Source: Chloroflexota bacterium
GTDB lineage: Bacteria > Chloroflexota > Limnocylindria > Limnocylindrales > CSP1-4
Direction of reading: 5' to 3'
Length of the DNA stretch: 63,356 nucleotides
Assembly: GCA_021802585.1 (NCBI GenBank)
Contig: JAJZRQ010000007.1
Location: forward strand, 1 to 63,356
The position numbers and the translations under genes were made by a program. The notes beneath the pieces are model-generated. The model ran no database searches. It was not told where the DNA came from and worked only from the letters and a program-made list of their open reading frames with translations. This document shows, piece after piece, positions 18,880 through 29,700 of this stretch. Position 1 is the first letter of the stretch, and every line of letters starts with the position of its first letter.

Positions 18880-19628
18880 CCTCCGACCTCCCGCCCGCGA
18901 TCGCGCTTCCCCCGCAGCTCGCGATCCCGTTCCTCGGCACCGGCGAGCTGGAGATCGTCGGCCGCCTCGTCGAGGCCTCGAACGTCACCCTCTTCGTCGC
19001 CGTCCACGGCGACGTCCCGGGCGGCGGGCCGACCGTCGCGGCCGCCGTCTACAAGCCGATCCGCGGCGAGCGGCCGCTGTGGGACTTCCCGGACGGGACG
19101 CTCGCCCACCGCGAGGTGGCCGCCTTCCTCCTCTCACAGGCGAGCGGCTGGGACGTCGTCCCGCCGACCGTCTTCCGCGACGGGCCCGCCGGCCCAGGCA
19201 TGGTCCAGCTGTGGGTCGAGGTTCGCGACGACGCCGACGTCGTCGAGCTCATCCGGGCCGCCGACCCGCGCCTCCGCCGGGTCGCCCTCTTCGACGCCGT
19301 CGTCAACAATGCGGACCGCAAGGCCGGCCACCTCCTCGTCCGCGCCGACGGGCTCGTCCAGGGCGTCGACCACGGCGTCACGTTCAGCGTGGACCCCAAG
19401 CTCCGGACGGTCCTCTGGGGCTGGCGTGGGACGCGGCTCACGGAGCGCGAGGCCGGATCGCTCACGCTCCTCCAGCGGGCCCTGCCGGGGCTCCGCGGCG
19501 CCCTCGAGGCGCACCTCGCCGCCGACGAGATCGCCGCCACGACTGGCCGCGTCGAGGGCCTCCTCCGCGGCGGCCGGTTCCCCGAGCCGCTCCCCGACTG
19601 GCCGGCCGTCCCCTGGCCCTGGTCCTGA
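18876..19628 (+). CDS. SCO1664-family (PI3/4-kinase-like) protein
   Basis: G.L...SN.T, VYKPIRGERPLWDFPDGTLA.REVAA, FDAVVNNADRKAGH, DHG.TF..DPKLRTVLWGW, W..VPWP. Start uncertain (CTG 18876 or GTG 18807). Confidence 0.9.
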   Translation: MTSDLPPAIALPPQLAIPFLGTGELEIVGRLVEASNVTLFVAVHGDVPGGGPTVAAAVYKPIRGERPLWDFPDGTLAHREVAAFLLSQASGWDVVPPTVFRDGPAGPGMVQLWVEVRDDADVVELIRAADPRLRRVALFDAVVNNADRKAGHLLVRADGLVQGVDHGVTFSVDPKLRTVLWGWRGTRLTEREAGSLTLLQRALPGLRGALEAHLAADEIAATTGRVEGLLRGGRFPEPLPDWPAVPWPWS

Positions 19629-19630
19629 GC

Positions 19631-19706
19631 CGCGCCGCGATCACCCCGCGCCCGGCGGCTCCGCGCCGCGCGCCGCGATCACCCCCCGCGCGGCGGCACC
19701 GTGCCG
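19631..19706. repeat. Imperfect 38-bp tandem duplication spanning the menG stop
   Basis: CGCGCCGCGATCACCCC... at 19631 and 19669, with about four mismatches. Confidence 0.75.
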
Positions 19707-20440
19707 ACGTGGATCGTCACGATGCCGCCCGACATCCCGGTCCAGCGGACCCCGACGAGGCCGGCCTCCCGCATGACCTCCGCGATCCGCTCGGGCGGCG
19801 GGTAGCTCTGGACGCTCCGCACGAGGTACGTGTACGCGGCGCCCTGCCCGGCGACCGTCCCGAGGATGGGCACGACCCGGTCGAACCACCAGCGCATGAC
19901 CCGCGCCAGCCGGCTCCGGGGCCGGGCGATCTCCAGGCAGACGACCTTCCCGCCCGGCCGGACGACCCGCGCCATCTCGGCGAAGCCCCGCGCGTAGTCG
20001 GGCAGGTTGCGCATCCCGAAGGCGATCGTCGCCGCGTCGAAGGCGCCGTCCTCGGCCGGGAGGGCCAGTGCGTCACCGACCACGAACGTAAGGCCCGCCT
20101 GACCGTCGAACCTGCGCCGGGCGACCTCGATCATCCCCGGGCTGATGTCGACCCCGAGGACCGACCCGCCGGGAGCGGCGGCGCGGAGGAGGTCGGCGGC
20201 GACCTTCCCGGTCCCCGACGCGACGTCGATCGCCCGCCCGCCCGGCCGGAGGCCCGCGCCCGCGACCGCGCGCCGCCGCCAGCGCGGCTCCTGGAACGCG
20301 CTGATGACGAGGTTCATGGGGTCATAGACACCGCTGATCCGGTCGAACATCGAGGCGACCTCGGGGGTCGCGGCCGCGTTGCCACGGTCGGTCGCGCGGC
20401 CCGACGGGGCGTCGGCGCGCGGATCGCGCGGGGTCGTCAT
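19679..20440 (-). CDS. menG: Demethylmenaquinone methyltransferase (MenG/UbiE)
   Basis: MFDRIS..YD.MN, DVASGTG, GDALALP, TIAFGMRN, EMARVVRPGG, AYTYL..S. Confidence 0.92.
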   Translation of the reverse strand: MTTPRDPRADAPSGRATDRGNAAATPEVASMFDRISGVYDPMNLVISAFQEPRWRRRAVAGAGLRPGGRAIDVASGTGKVAADLLRAAAPGGSVLGVDISPGMIEVARRRFDGQAGLTFVVGDALALPAEDGAFDAATIAFGMRNLPDYARGFAEMARVVRPGGKVVCLEIARPRSRLARVMRWWFDRVVPILGTVAGQGAAYTYLVRSVQSYPPPERIAEVMREAGLVGVRWTGMSGGIVTIHVGTVPPRGG

Positions 20441-22692
20441 GCGGGGTCCTCCTCGGCGTCCGAGCGTCCGGCGAGGCCGGCGGCGGCGAGGGCGTCGCGG
20501 ACGGCGGCGGCGACCGGGCCCGGCTCGGTGATCGGGGCGGTGTGGCGGAGACCCGGGAGGTCCCGCCGCACGGCGGCCGGGATCCGGGCGGCGAGCGCGT
20601 CGGCGATCGGGCGGTAGAACGGCTCCGACGCCGTCCCGGCGAGGATCGCGACGGGGCACGCGATCATGGCGAGCCGCGCCGGGTCGAGGCCCTCCATCGC
20701 CGCGTCGGCGACGGCGCCGCCGCCCTCGTCGGCGAGGAACGCGCGCGAGCGCTCGGGCAGCGCCTCCCAGGCCCGGGGGCCCGCCACGCCGCCCAGGAAC
20801 GCCCGGGCAGCGGCCGCGGGACCGCCGGCGGCGGCCGCCCGCGCGGTCGCCCGGGCGACGCGCGCGAACGCGACGCGCGTGCGCTCGTCGGCGAGGGGGC
20901 CGTACGGCGGCTCGTAGGCGACGACGCCCGCGACCCGGTCCGGCAGGCGCGCCGCCGCCTCGAGGGCGACGACGCCGCCGAAGCTGTGGCCGACGAGGAT
21001 CGCCCGTCGGGCGCCCTCCGCGTCGAGGAGCGCCGCGAGGTCGGCGACGTGCGCGTCGACGGCCACGGGCCGCGGAGGGACGAGGCGGCGCTCCCCGCTC
21101 CCCCGCCGGTCGGGAGCGAGGACGCGGAGGTCGCCGGAGCCCCCGAGCGCGCGAGCGAGCGGGGCGAGCTGGCGCCCCGTCGAGAGGGTCGCGTGGAGGA
21201 GGACGACGAGCGGGGTGAGCATCTCGCGGAGCTCGGCCCGGCGGAGCTTCCCGGAGGCCGTCCGGGGCAGGGCGTCGACGCGGCGGACGGCGGCGGGCAC
21301 CTTGTACGGCGCGAGGCGCTCCCGGCACCAGGCGCGGAGCGCGCCGTCGCCGGGGTCGGGCGCACCGGGCCGGAGGACGACCGCGGCGACCGGCACGGCG
21401 CCCCACGCCGGGTCCGGGCGGGCGACGACGCCGGCCGCGGCGACCGCCGGATGGGCCTCGAGCACCGCCTCGACCTCGGGGGGCGAGACGTTCTCGCCGC
21501 CCGAGATCACGATGTCGTCGCGCCGCCCGACGACAGTGAGCCGGCCGTCGGCGTCGAGGCGCCCGAGGTCGCCGGTCCGGAGCCAGCCGTCCGGGGAGCG
21601 CGCGGCTGCCGTCGCCTCCGGTTGGCCGAGGTATCCGGAGAACGCGGCCGGCGTCCGGACCTCGATCGCCCCCACCCCGTCGGATCCCGGGGCCGCGATC
21701 CGGACGGCGACCCCCGGCAGCGGCCGGCCGGCCGACCCCGGGTGGGCGGCGGCCTCGTCCGCGGTGAGCGCCGTGACCCCCGAGCCGGCCTCGCTCAGGC
21801 CGTACGTGGGGACGACCGGCCAGCCGGCGGCGGCCGCGCGCGCGACGAGGTCGGCGGGGATCGGCGCGCCGCCGAGGAGGATCGCCCGGACGGTCGCCGG
21901 CGGGGGCGCGTCGCCGGCCGCCTCGAGGAGGCGGGCGAGCTGGGCCGGCACGAGCGAGACGTGGCTCGGAGCGGCCGCACCAGCGCCAAGCGCGCCGAGG
22001 ACGGCGTCGGGATCGGGCGCTGCGAGGACCGTGAGAGGGAGGCCGGCCCCGAGGGCCCGCCAGGCGACCCCCAGCCCGGCGACGTGGGCGAGCCCGAGGC
22101 AGAGGAGCCAGCCCGTCGCCGGCGGGAGCGCGGCGGTCCACGCGGCGGCGCTCGCGGCGAGCGCGGCATGGGAGAGGAGGGCCGCCTTCGGCCGGCCGGT
22201 CGTCCCCGACGTGAGGACGGCGACCGCGGGCGCGCCGGCATCCAGCACCACGCCCCGCGGCGATGCTCCCGCGGCGCGCCCGGCGAGCGTCGCCGGCACG
22301 ATCGCGCGCACGTCGCGGCCGCCCGCCGCGCCCCGCGTGCCGGCGGCCCCGGCGGCGAGACCCGGGTCGTGGAGGAGGAGCGCCGGCGTCGTCGCGGCGA
22401 GGGCGGCCCCGACCTCGCGGGCCGTGAGGCGCGTCCCGAGCGGCACGGCGACCGCCCCGGCGCGGAGGATCCCGGCGAGGAGCCCGATCGCCTCCGCGGA
22501 GGGGCCGGCGAGGAGGGCGACGCGGTCCCCCGGCGCCACCCCCTCCGCCTGGAGCGCCGCGGCGACGGCGTCCACGGCACGGTCGAGCCCGGCGAACGCG
22601 AGGTCGCCCGCCGCGTCGCGGATCGCGAGGGCCGCCGGCCGGGCCGCCGCGTGCCGCCGGATCGCGAGGGGGAGCGTCGGCGCGGCGCTCAC
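20437..22692 (-). CDS. menE: O-succinylbenzoate-CoA ligase (MenE) fused to a C-terminal alpha/beta hydrolase
   Basis: TSGTTGRPK, HVAGL, SLVPAQL, TYGLSE, RTGDLG, SGGENV.P.EVE, LAPYKVP, LPRTASGK. It continues in frame into VVLLHA...PDRRGSG...GHSFGG...YEPP...LRH.AP. GTG start 22692. Confidence 0.88.
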   Translation of the reverse strand: MSAAPTLPLAIRRHAAARPAALAIRDAAGDLAFAGLDRAVDAVAAALQAEGVAPGDRVALLAGPSAEAIGLLAGILRAGAVAVPLGTRLTAREVGAALAATTPALLLHDPGLAAGAAGTRGAAGGRDVRAIVPATLAGRAAGASPRGVVLDAGAPAVAVLTSGTTGRPKAALLSHAALAASAAAWTAALPPATGWLLCLGLAHVAGLGVAWRALGAGLPLTVLAAPDPDAVLGALGAGAAAPSHVSLVPAQLARLLEAAGDAPPPATVRAILLGGAPIPADLVARAAAAGWPVVPTYGLSEAGSGVTALTADEAAAHPGSAGRPLPGVAVRIAAPGSDGVGAIEVRTPAAFSGYLGQPEATAAARSPDGWLRTGDLGRLDADGRLTVVGRRDDIVISGGENVSPPEVEAVLEAHPAVAAAGVVARPDPAWGAVPVAAVVLRPGAPDPGDGALRAWCRERLAPYKVPAAVRRVDALPRTASGKLRRAELREMLTPLVVLLHATLSTGRQLAPLARALGGSGDLRVLAPDRRGSGERRLVPPRPVAVDAHVADLAALLDAEGARRAILVGHSFGGVVALEAAARLPDRVAGVVAYEPPYGPLADERTRVAFARVARATARAAAAGGPAAAARAFLGGVAGPRAWEALPERSRAFLADEGGGAVADAAMEGLDPARLAMIACPVAILAGTASEPFYRPIADALAARIPAAVRRDLPGLRHTAPITEPGPVAAAVRDALAAAGLAGRSDAEEDPA

Positions 22693-23834
22693 CCGGCGGC
22701 CTCGACCGCCTCGACGGCGAAGCGGCGGAGGGCGCGGTCGTCGAGCCGGACGCCGAGCCCCCCGCTCCCCTCCCCGCCCGGCACGGAGAGCGTGCCGTCC
22801 TCGACGAGGAGGGCGGCCTGGAGGAGGTCGTGCTCGAGGAGCCCGGCGGTCGCGAGGCCGTGGGCGCGTCCGGGAGGCAGCGGGGCGGCGCAGGCCCGGG
22901 CCGCCGCGATCCCGATTCCCGTCTCGAACAGCGTCGAGAGGACGACCGGCACGCCCCGGGCGGCGGCGGCCGCGGCGATCTCCGCCACCGCGACCGGTCC
23001 GCCGACGCGGGCCGGCTTCACGACGAGGACGTCGGCCGCCCCGGCGGCGAGGATCCCCCGCGCCGCGCCCGGCGAGCGCACGGCCTCGTCGGCGGCGACC
23101 GGCACGCCGACCCGCGAGCGGAGGTCGACCGCGCCGGCGAGGTCGTCGGGCGCGAGCGGCTGCTCGACGTGCTCGATGTCGTACGGCTCGATCGCCTCCA
23201 GCCGCTCCTCGGCGGTCGGGAGGTCCCACGCGCCATTCACGTCGATCCGCAGCCGGACGTCGGCGCCGGCGGCCCGGCGGATAGCGCGCACCCGGGCGAC
23301 GAGGTCGGCCGTCTCGCGCTCCGCGCCGGCCTTGAGCTTCAGCGTCGTGAACCCGGCCTCGAGGGCCTGGAGGGCCGCCTCGGCGCCCTCCCGGGGGGCC
23401 GCGAACCCGATCGTGCCGTTCACCGCGACCGCCGTGCCGTCGGGAGCGAGGGCGAGGTCGAGGCGGGCCGCGTCGAGGGCGGCGAGGAACGCCCGGCCCG
23501 GCCCGCCGAGGAGCTCGAGCTCGCCGGCGTCGGGGAGGTCGCCGTCGCGGGCCCGGCCGGCGGCCTCGCGGATCGCGCGGGCGAGGATCGTCTCCTCGAC
23601 CTCGGTCGCATCGGGCTCGAGGACCGCCTCCCCGACGCCGGTCCGGCCGTCCCTCGCCGCGAGGAGGACGATCCACGCCTCGCGGTGGAGCCACATCCCC
23701 GTCGCGGTCGCGAACGGGCGCCGGAACGGCACCCGGACCCGGAGCGCGGAGAGGCCGGCCACGGGGACCGCCTCGAGGAGCTGGAGGAGGGCCGCCGCGC
23801 CGCCGGGATGGACCGGACGCCCGGGCGCGCTCAC
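22689..23834 (-). CDS. menC: o-Succinylbenzoate synthase (enolase superfamily)
   Basis: KLK, LRIDVNGAW, EQP, AADE, VVKP...GG, HGLAT. Lies in the men operon. Confidence 0.88.
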   Translation of the reverse strand: MSAPGRPVHPGGAAALLQLLEAVPVAGLSALRVRVPFRRPFATATGMWLHREAWIVLLAARDGRTGVGEAVLEPDATEVEETILARAIREAAGRARDGDLPDAGELELLGGPGRAFLAALDAARLDLALAPDGTAVAVNGTIGFAAPREGAEAALQALEAGFTTLKLKAGAERETADLVARVRAIRRAAGADVRLRIDVNGAWDLPTAEERLEAIEPYDIEHVEQPLAPDDLAGAVDLRSRVGVPVAADEAVRSPGAARGILAAGAADVLVVKPARVGGPVAVAEIAAAAAARGVPVVLSTLFETGIGIAAARACAAPLPPGRAHGLATAGLLEHDLLQAALLVEDGTLSVPGGEGSGGLGVRLDDRALRRFAVEAVEAAG

Positions 23835-24775
23835 GCCGCTCCCCCGAGGGCGAGCCCGGCCCCGAACAGGAGGCCGAACAGGAGGGCGAGACGGGCGGTC
23901 CCCTTGAGCACGGGGTTCAGCTCCCGCGGATCGTCAAAGCGCCGCGCCCGGCCGAGGAGCGAGAGGGCGACCGGGACGGCGAGGAGCGGCAGCCCGGGGA
24001 GGAGCGCCGCGGGGCCGCGCCCGGCCGCGAGGCCCCCGATGACGAGCCCGACCGGGACGAGGAACGCGGCGACGAGGAGGAAGGCGTACTCAGCCACGGT
24101 CCCCTCCCGCCCGAGGATGACGGCGAGCGTGCGCTTGCCGGCCGCGGCGTCGGTCGGGATGTCGCGGAGGTTGTTCACGACGAGGATCGCCGTGACGAGC
24201 GCGCCGGCGGGGATCGCCGCGACGACGAAGAGCGGGTCGAGCCGGAGCGCCTGGAGGTACGCCGTCCCGACGACGGCGACGAGCCCGAAGAACACGAAGA
24301 CGAAGACCTCGCCGAGGGCCCGGTAGCCGTACGGGAGCGGCCCGCCGGTGTAGGCCAGGGCGGCGACGATCGCGAGCGCCCCGAGGGCGAGGAGCGCCGG
24401 CCCGCCGACGGCGACGAGCCAGAGCCCGACGATCCCGGCGAGCCCGATGACGACGACGATCGCCGCCTCGAGCTGGCGCTCGGTGACGAGCCCCGCGGCG
24501 GCGACCCGCGTCGGCCCGGCGCGGTCCGGCGTGTCCGCCCCGCGACGGTGGTCGGAGAGGTCGTTCGCGAGGTTCGCGAGGACCTGGAGGAGGAGCGCGA
24601 CGACGAGGGCCCCCACCGCAGTGTCCGCCCGGAACCGCGTCCCCGCGCCGAGGGCGGCGCCGAGGCCGACGACGACGCCCGACGTCGCCGCGGGGAGCGT
24701 GTTCGGGCGGATCGCGAGGAGCCAGGTCCGGAGCGCGGACGGACGGCCGCCGGCCGGCGCGGGGGCGTCGCTCAC
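23831..24775 (-). CDS. menA: 1,4-dihydroxy-2-naphthoate polyprenyltransferase
   Basis: [54 protein letters not shown]. Confidence 0.95.
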   Translation of the reverse strand: MSDAPAPAGGRPSALRTWLLAIRPNTLPAATSGVVVGLGAALGAGTRFRADTAVGALVVALLLQVLANLANDLSDHRRGADTPDRAGPTRVAAAGLVTERQLEAAIVVVIGLAGIVGLWLVAVGGPALLALGALAIVAALAYTGGPLPYGYRALGEVFVFVFFGLVAVVGTAYLQALRLDPLFVVAAIPAGALVTAILVVNNLRDIPTDAAAGKRTLAVILGREGTVAEYAFLLVAAFLVPVGLVIGGLAAGRGPAALLPGLPLLAVPVALSLLGRARRFDDPRELNPVLKGTARLALLFGLLFGAGLALGGAA

Positions 24776-25608
24776 GGGCGGCGCGGGTACTTCGCGTAGT
24801 CGGGGCGCCGCTTCTCAAGGAACGCCCGCGAGCCCTCGTGCGCCTCGTCGGTCGTGTAGAAGAGGCCGGTCGCGTTGCCGGCGAACTCCTGGAGCCCGGC
24901 GAGGCCGTCGGTCGCGACGAGGAACGCGGACTTCAGGAAGCGGATCGCGGTCGGGCTCATCTCCAGGATCTCGGTCGCCCACTGGACGCCCTCGGCCTCG
25001 AGGTCGGCAAGCGGCACGACCTTGTTCACGAGGCCCATGGCGAGCGCCTCGTCGGCCGAATAGCGGCGGCAGAGGAACCAGATCTCCTTCGCCTTCTTGT
25101 CGCCGACGAGGCGGGCGAGGAGCCCGATCCCGAAGCCGGCGTCGAACGAGCCGACGCGCGGCCCGACCTGCCCGAACACCGCGTTCTCGCTCGCGATCGA
25201 GAGGTCGCAGACGACGTGGAGGACGTGGCCGCCGCCGATCGCGAAGCCGTTCACGAGGGCGATGACCGGGATCGGGAGCGAGCGGATCTGGCGCTGCAGG
25301 TCGAGGACGTTGAGGCGGGCGATCCCGTCGTCGCCGGCGTAGCCCCCGGCGTGGCTCTTGTAGCGCTGGTCGCCGCCGGAGCAGAACGCCGCGTCCCCCG
25401 CGCCGGTGAGGAGGACGCACCCGATGCCCGCGTCGTCGCGGATCCGGGCGAACGCGTCGATGAGCTCTGCGACGGTCTGCGGCCGGAACGCGTTGCGAAC
25501 GTCGGGCCGGTCGATCGTCACCTTCGCGATCCCGGTCCCCGAGTGCTCGCAGCGGATGTCGCGGTACCGGTGGACGGGCGTCCAGGAGATCGCGGCGGGG
25601 GTGGTCAT
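24772..25608 (-). CDS. menB: 1,4-dihydroxy-2-naphthoyl-CoA synthase
   Basis: [47 protein letters not shown]. Confidence 0.96.
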   Translation of the reverse strand: MTTPAAISWTPVHRYRDIRCEHSGTGIAKVTIDRPDVRNAFRPQTVAELIDAFARIRDDAGIGCVLLTGAGDAAFCSGGDQRYKSHAGGYAGDDGIARLNVLDLQRQIRSLPIPVIALVNGFAIGGGHVLHVVCDLSIASENAVFGQVGPRVGSFDAGFGIGLLARLVGDKKAKEIWFLCRRYSADEALAMGLVNKVVPLADLEAEGVQWATEILEMSPTAIRFLKSAFLVATDGLAGLQEFAGNATGLFYTTDEAHEGSRAFLEKRRPDYAKYPRRP

Positions 25609-26471
25609 GGGGCGGCCTCCGTGAGGAACTCGAGGACGAGGGCGTGGAAGCGGTCCGGCCGCTCGAGGTGCGGGGCGTGGCCCGCGCCCTCGACGACGGC
25701 GAGACGGGCGTGCGGGACGCCCGCGGCGACCTCCTCGCCGCGGGTGCGGGCCGGGTCGCGCGAGCCGACGATCACGAGGGTCGGCGCCGCGACCGAGGCG
25801 AGACGGTCGTGGAGCGGCTCCATCGCCCCCTGGCCCCCCTGGACGAGCGAGGCGGCGAGCCCGAGGGGGGTGTTCGAGCGGCGGATCGCCCGGACCCGCG
25901 CGTGGACGGGCGGGGGCAGCGCGGCCTCGCCGGCGAGGACGGGTTCGCCCTCCCAGCGAGTCGCGAACGCCTCGATCCCCTCGGCGACGACGATGCGGGC
26001 GCGCTCCACGTCGGCCGCGGCGCGGTCCGCCCGCTCCCGGGGGTCGGCGATCCCCGCCGACGGCGCCTCGAGGACGAGGCGCCGGACGGACTCCGGGTGG
26101 GCGACCGCCAGGCGGAGGGCGATCCGGGCGCCCATCGAGTAGCCGACGACGTCGACCCTGTCGGCGACGAGGCGCCGGACGATCGTCGCGAGGTCGTCGG
26201 CCGCGCTCTCGACCGATGCCCGAGGCCGCGCGTCGCCGCCGGGTGGTGTCTGGCCGTCGCCGCGCGCCGCCTCCGGGCGGTGCCAGCCGGTCCCGCCGTG
26301 GCCGGGGAGGTCGGGGACGATCGCCCGGAAGCGCCCGCCGATCCCCGCGAGCCCCGCCCACGCGAGGCCGCTCCCGCTGAACCCGTGGAGGAAGAGGACC
26401 GGGGACCCGCGCCCGGCGACCCGGACCGTCCACGGCATCCCCGCGACCTGGAGGCGGATCCGCTCGCTCAT
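25605..26471 (-). CDS. menH: SHCHC synthase
   Basis: [27 protein letters not shown]...[14 protein letters not shown]. Lies between menD and menB. Confidence 0.9.
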   Translation of the reverse strand: MSERIRLQVAGMPWTVRVAGRGSPVLFLHGFSGSGLAWAGLAGIGGRFRAIVPDLPGHGGTGWHRPEAARGDGQTPPGGDARPRASVESAADDLATIVRRLVADRVDVVGYSMGARIALRLAVAHPESVRRLVLEAPSAGIADPRERADRAAADVERARIVVAEGIEAFATRWEGEPVLAGEAALPPPVHARVRAIRRSNTPLGLAASLVQGGQGAMEPLHDRLASVAAPTLVIVGSRDPARTRGEEVAAGVPHARLAVVEGAGHAPHLERPDRFHALVLEFLTEAAP

Positions 26472-28231
26472 GCGAGATCCGCCCCCGCCGTGCCGCGGAG
26501 CGCCGCCACCACCGCGGCGGCGGCGGCGCGGTGGAGCTCGATGTTCCGCGCGCGGCCGGTCCGGAGCTCGAGGACCCGGACGCCCGGCGCCCCGAGCGAT
26601 GTCCCGAGCGCCGCCCGGAGACCCCGCGGCCCGATGATCCGGTGCTCCGCGCCGAGCGCCTCGGCGAGCGGCCCGAGGTCGATCCCGTGGGGCGTCCCGA
26701 AGAGCTCCTCGAAGTGCTCCGGGAGCCCGCCGCCGGGGACGGCCGCCGCGGCCTGCGGCAGGAACGAGAAGATGCCGCCGCCGTCGTTGTGGACGACGAC
26801 GATCGTCGCCGCGAGGCCGTGGAGGCGGGCCGCGACGAGGCCCGAGAGGTCGTGGAGGAAGGCGAGGTCGCCGACGACGAGCGCCACCGGCGCGCCCGTG
26901 GCGGCCGCCCCGAGCGCCGACGACACGACGCCGTCGATCCCGTTCGCCCCCCGGTTCGCGAGCGCCCGGATCGCCCGGGGGCCGGACGGGAGCCAGGCGT
27001 CGAGGTCGCGGACGGGCATGGAGCTGCTCGCCCAGAGGATGCCGTCGTCGGGCAGGAGGTCGCCGAGCGCGGCGATCGGCGCGCCCTCGAACGCCTCGCC
27101 GGATGCCTCGATCTCCGCCAGCCAGGCGCGGAGCGCCCGGTCGGCCGCCGCGTCGGCGGCGAGCCAGGCATCGAGCCAGGCCGTCGGGCGGGCCGCGAGC
27201 CCGGCCTCGATCCGCGCGGCGACCGCGTCGGCCGTCGCGGCCGCGTCGGCATGGACGAACGTCGTCGGGACGATCGCCGGCTCGCGCCAGCCGCCGTCGC
27301 CGTCGATGACGACCTGGGCCGGCCGGTGCTCCTCGAGGAGCGCGAGGAGGGGCTTCGTCGTCGCCGGCGCGCCGACGCGGAGGACGAGGTCGGGGAGGTG
27401 CGCGTCGCGCCACGGGCCCGGCCGAAGGAGGTGGTCGCCTCGCGCGACGACCCGCGAGCGATCATGGGGGCCGCACCGGACCTGGGACAGCGGGTCGGCG
27501 ACGATCGGCCAGTTGAGGGCGGCGGCGAGGCGGGCCGCGGCCGCGGGAAGCGCCGGGTCGTCCTGTGGCCCGGCGACGAGGAGCCCGCGCTCCACGCCGG
27601 CGAGGTGTGCCGCGAGGCGGTCCGCCGCGTCGTCGGCGAGCCGCGGCACGCCCGCCTCGACCCGGACGACCGGCTCCTCGCCGAGCGGCCCGAGCGGCCC
27701 ATCGGGGACGAGCGGCTCGCGGAACGGGACGTCGAGGTGGACCGGCCCCGCCGGACCGGCGGCGGCGACGGCGAGGGCCCGCGCGGCGACGGACGACGCG
27801 TGGCGCCGCACGACGTCCGATCCGTCGAGGAGCGGCAGCTCGGCGAACCACTTCGCGTGGCCGCCGAACAGCCGGACCTGGTCGATCGCCTGGGGGGCGC
27901 CGCGGTCCCGGAGCTCCGCCGGCCGGTCGGCGGTGAGGAGGACGAGCGGCACCCGGCCGAGCGACGCCTCCACGACGGCCGGGAGGAGGTTCGCGGCGGC
28001 CGTCCCCGATGTCGTGAGGACGGCGACCGGGCGGCGCGAGGCCTTCGCCAGCCCCAGGGCGAAGAAGCCAGCGCTCCGCTCGTCGAGGAGGACCCGGACC
28101 CGGATCCCGGGATGGGCGCGGAGGGCGAGGGCGAGCGGCCCCGAGCGCGAACCCGGGCAGACGACGGCGTCCCGGAGGCCGCCGTCGACGAGCGCGTCGA
28201 CGAAGCCACGGAGCGCGGCGCGATCGGTCAT
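26468..28231 (-). CDS. menD: SEPHCHC synthase
   Basis: [63 protein letters not shown]. Confidence 0.96.
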   Translation of the reverse strand: MTDRAALRGFVDALVDGGLRDAVVCPGSRSGPLALALRAHPGIRVRVLLDERSAGFFALGLAKASRRPVAVLTTSGTAAANLLPAVVEASLGRVPLVLLTADRPAELRDRGAPQAIDQVRLFGGHAKWFAELPLLDGSDVVRRHASSVAARALAVAAAGPAGPVHLDVPFREPLVPDGPLGPLGEEPVVRVEAGVPRLADDAADRLAAHLAGVERGLLVAGPQDDPALPAAAARLAAALNWPIVADPLSQVRCGPHDRSRVVARGDHLLRPGPWRDAHLPDLVLRVGAPATTKPLLALLEEHRPAQVVIDGDGGWREPAIVPTTFVHADAAATADAVAARIEAGLAARPTAWLDAWLAADAAADRALRAWLAEIEASGEAFEGAPIAALGDLLPDDGILWASSSMPVRDLDAWLPSGPRAIRALANRGANGIDGVVSSALGAAATGAPVALVVGDLAFLHDLSGLVAARLHGLAATIVVVHNDGGGIFSFLPQAAAAVPGGGLPEHFEELFGTPHGIDLGPLAEALGAEHRIIGPRGLRAALGTSLGAPGVRVLELRTGRARNIELHRAAAAAVVAALRGTAGADLA

Positions 28232-29700
28232 CGAGCGCCGTCCTCGAGGCGGCCGAGCGCCGAGGCGACCGGCCGGAGCTTCATCCGCGACTCCTCCCAC
28301 TCGCGGGCCGGGTCGGAGTCGGCGACGATCCCGCACCCGGCGAAGAGGGTCGCCTCGCGCCCGGCGACGAGGCCGCAGCGGAGGGCGACCATGAGCTCGC
28401 CGTCGCCGTCCGCCCCGAGCCAGCCGACCGGCCCGGCGTACCAGCCCCGGTCGAAGCCCTCGTGCTCGGCGATGAGGTCGAGCGCCGCCCCCCGCGGCTC
28501 GCCGCCGACGGCCGGCGTCGGGTGGAGCCGCTCGGCGAGGGCCAGGAGGCCGCTCTCGTCGCGGAGCGTGCCCTCGATCGGCGTCACGAGGTGCTGGACG
28601 TCGCGGAGGGCGAGGATCCCCGGCGCGGGGGCGATGTCGAGGCGCTCCGCGACGGGCCGCAGGACGTCGCGGAGCATGTCCACGACGACGGCATGCTCCT
28701 CCCGCTCCTTCTCGTCGGCGAGGAGCGCGGCGGCGAGCGCGGCATCCGCGGCGGCGTCCCTCCCGCGGGGCGCCGAGCCGGCGATCGCGACGGTGCGGAA
28801 CGCCCGCCCCTCCGTCCGGGCGAGGCGCTCGGGCGTCGCCCCGAGGAACGTGACCCCGCCGCGGACGAAGGCGAACGTCGTGCTCTCGGGGGCGCCGGCG
28901 GCGAGGCGCCGGAGGGCGTTCGCCGGGTCGAGCTCGAGCGGCGAGCGGAGCGCGACGCTCCGGGCCAGCACGACCTTGTCGAGGCGCCCCCGCCCGACGG
29001 CCCCGGCGTAGAGGCCGACGAGGCGGTCCCACGAGGGGCGGTCGGGTCGCTCCCCGACGATCCCGAGGGGGGCGCCGGCGGGCCGCGCGACGAGGGCCCC
29101 GGGGGCCGGCGCGAGCTCGCGGGCGCGGCGGGCGAGGTCGTCCCACCGCCGCGCGAGCGCCCGCGTCGCGCCGCGGCCGGGCTCGGCGAGCGCCGCGGTG
29201 AGGAACGCGCCGTCGGGCGTCCGGGCGAGGGCGAGCGCCGGCAGGACGAGGGACGCGGCCCCGAACGCCCCCCAGGGGCCGTCCGCGGGTGGCCGCCGGC
29301 CGGTGAACCCGAGGCCGCCGAGGAGGACGGGCCCGGCGCCCCGCGGGAGCCCGTCGGGCCCTCCCGCGGCGGGCTCCCCGCCGCTCGTCGCCCGCGCGAG
29401 CGCGGCGCGCCACCCGTCAGCGGCCGTCGCGAACCGGCCCGGCCCCCCCGGGCCGACCTCCCAGGCCCGCCCGATCCCGACGAGGGCGAAGCCGTCCGCC
29501 GGCTGGAGCCAGAGGGCCGCCTCGAGGTCGGCCTCGCGGGCCGCCTCGAAGAGCGCGATCGCGTCGAGGGCGTCGGCGGCGACCGTCGCGAGGCGGAGCC
29601 CGCCGGGAGCGGGCTCTCCGGCGGGCTCCCGCGCGCCGTCGAGCGCGACGATGAGGTCGGGCGCGCCGAGCCCCGTGGGCGGGCGGTCGGCGACGGTCAT
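28228..29700 (-). CDS. menF: Isochorismate synthase
   Basis: KVVLAR, FLGATPERL, AIAGS, KEREEH.VV, LHPTPAVGG.P, RGWYAGPVG, VALRC, AGCGIV.DS.P..EW.E...K. Confidence 0.93.
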   Translation of the reverse strand: MTVADRPPTGLGAPDLIVALDGAREPAGEPAPGGLRLATVAADALDAIALFEAAREADLEAALWLQPADGFALVGIGRAWEVGPGGPGRFATAADGWRAALARATSGGEPAAGGPDGLPRGAGPVLLGGLGFTGRRPPADGPWGAFGAASLVLPALALARTPDGAFLTAALAEPGRGATRALARRWDDLARRARELAPAPGALVARPAGAPLGIVGERPDRPSWDRLVGLYAGAVGRGRLDKVVLARSVALRSPLELDPANALRRLAAGAPESTTFAFVRGGVTFLGATPERLARTEGRAFRTVAIAGSAPRGRDAAADAALAAALLADEKEREEHAVVVDMLRDVLRPVAERLDIAPAPGILALRDVQHLVTPIEGTLRDESGLLALAERLHPTPAVGGEPRGAALDLIAEHEGFDRGWYAGPVGWLGADGDGELMVALRCGLVAGREATLFAGCGIVADSDPAREWEESRMKLRPVASALGRLEDGAR

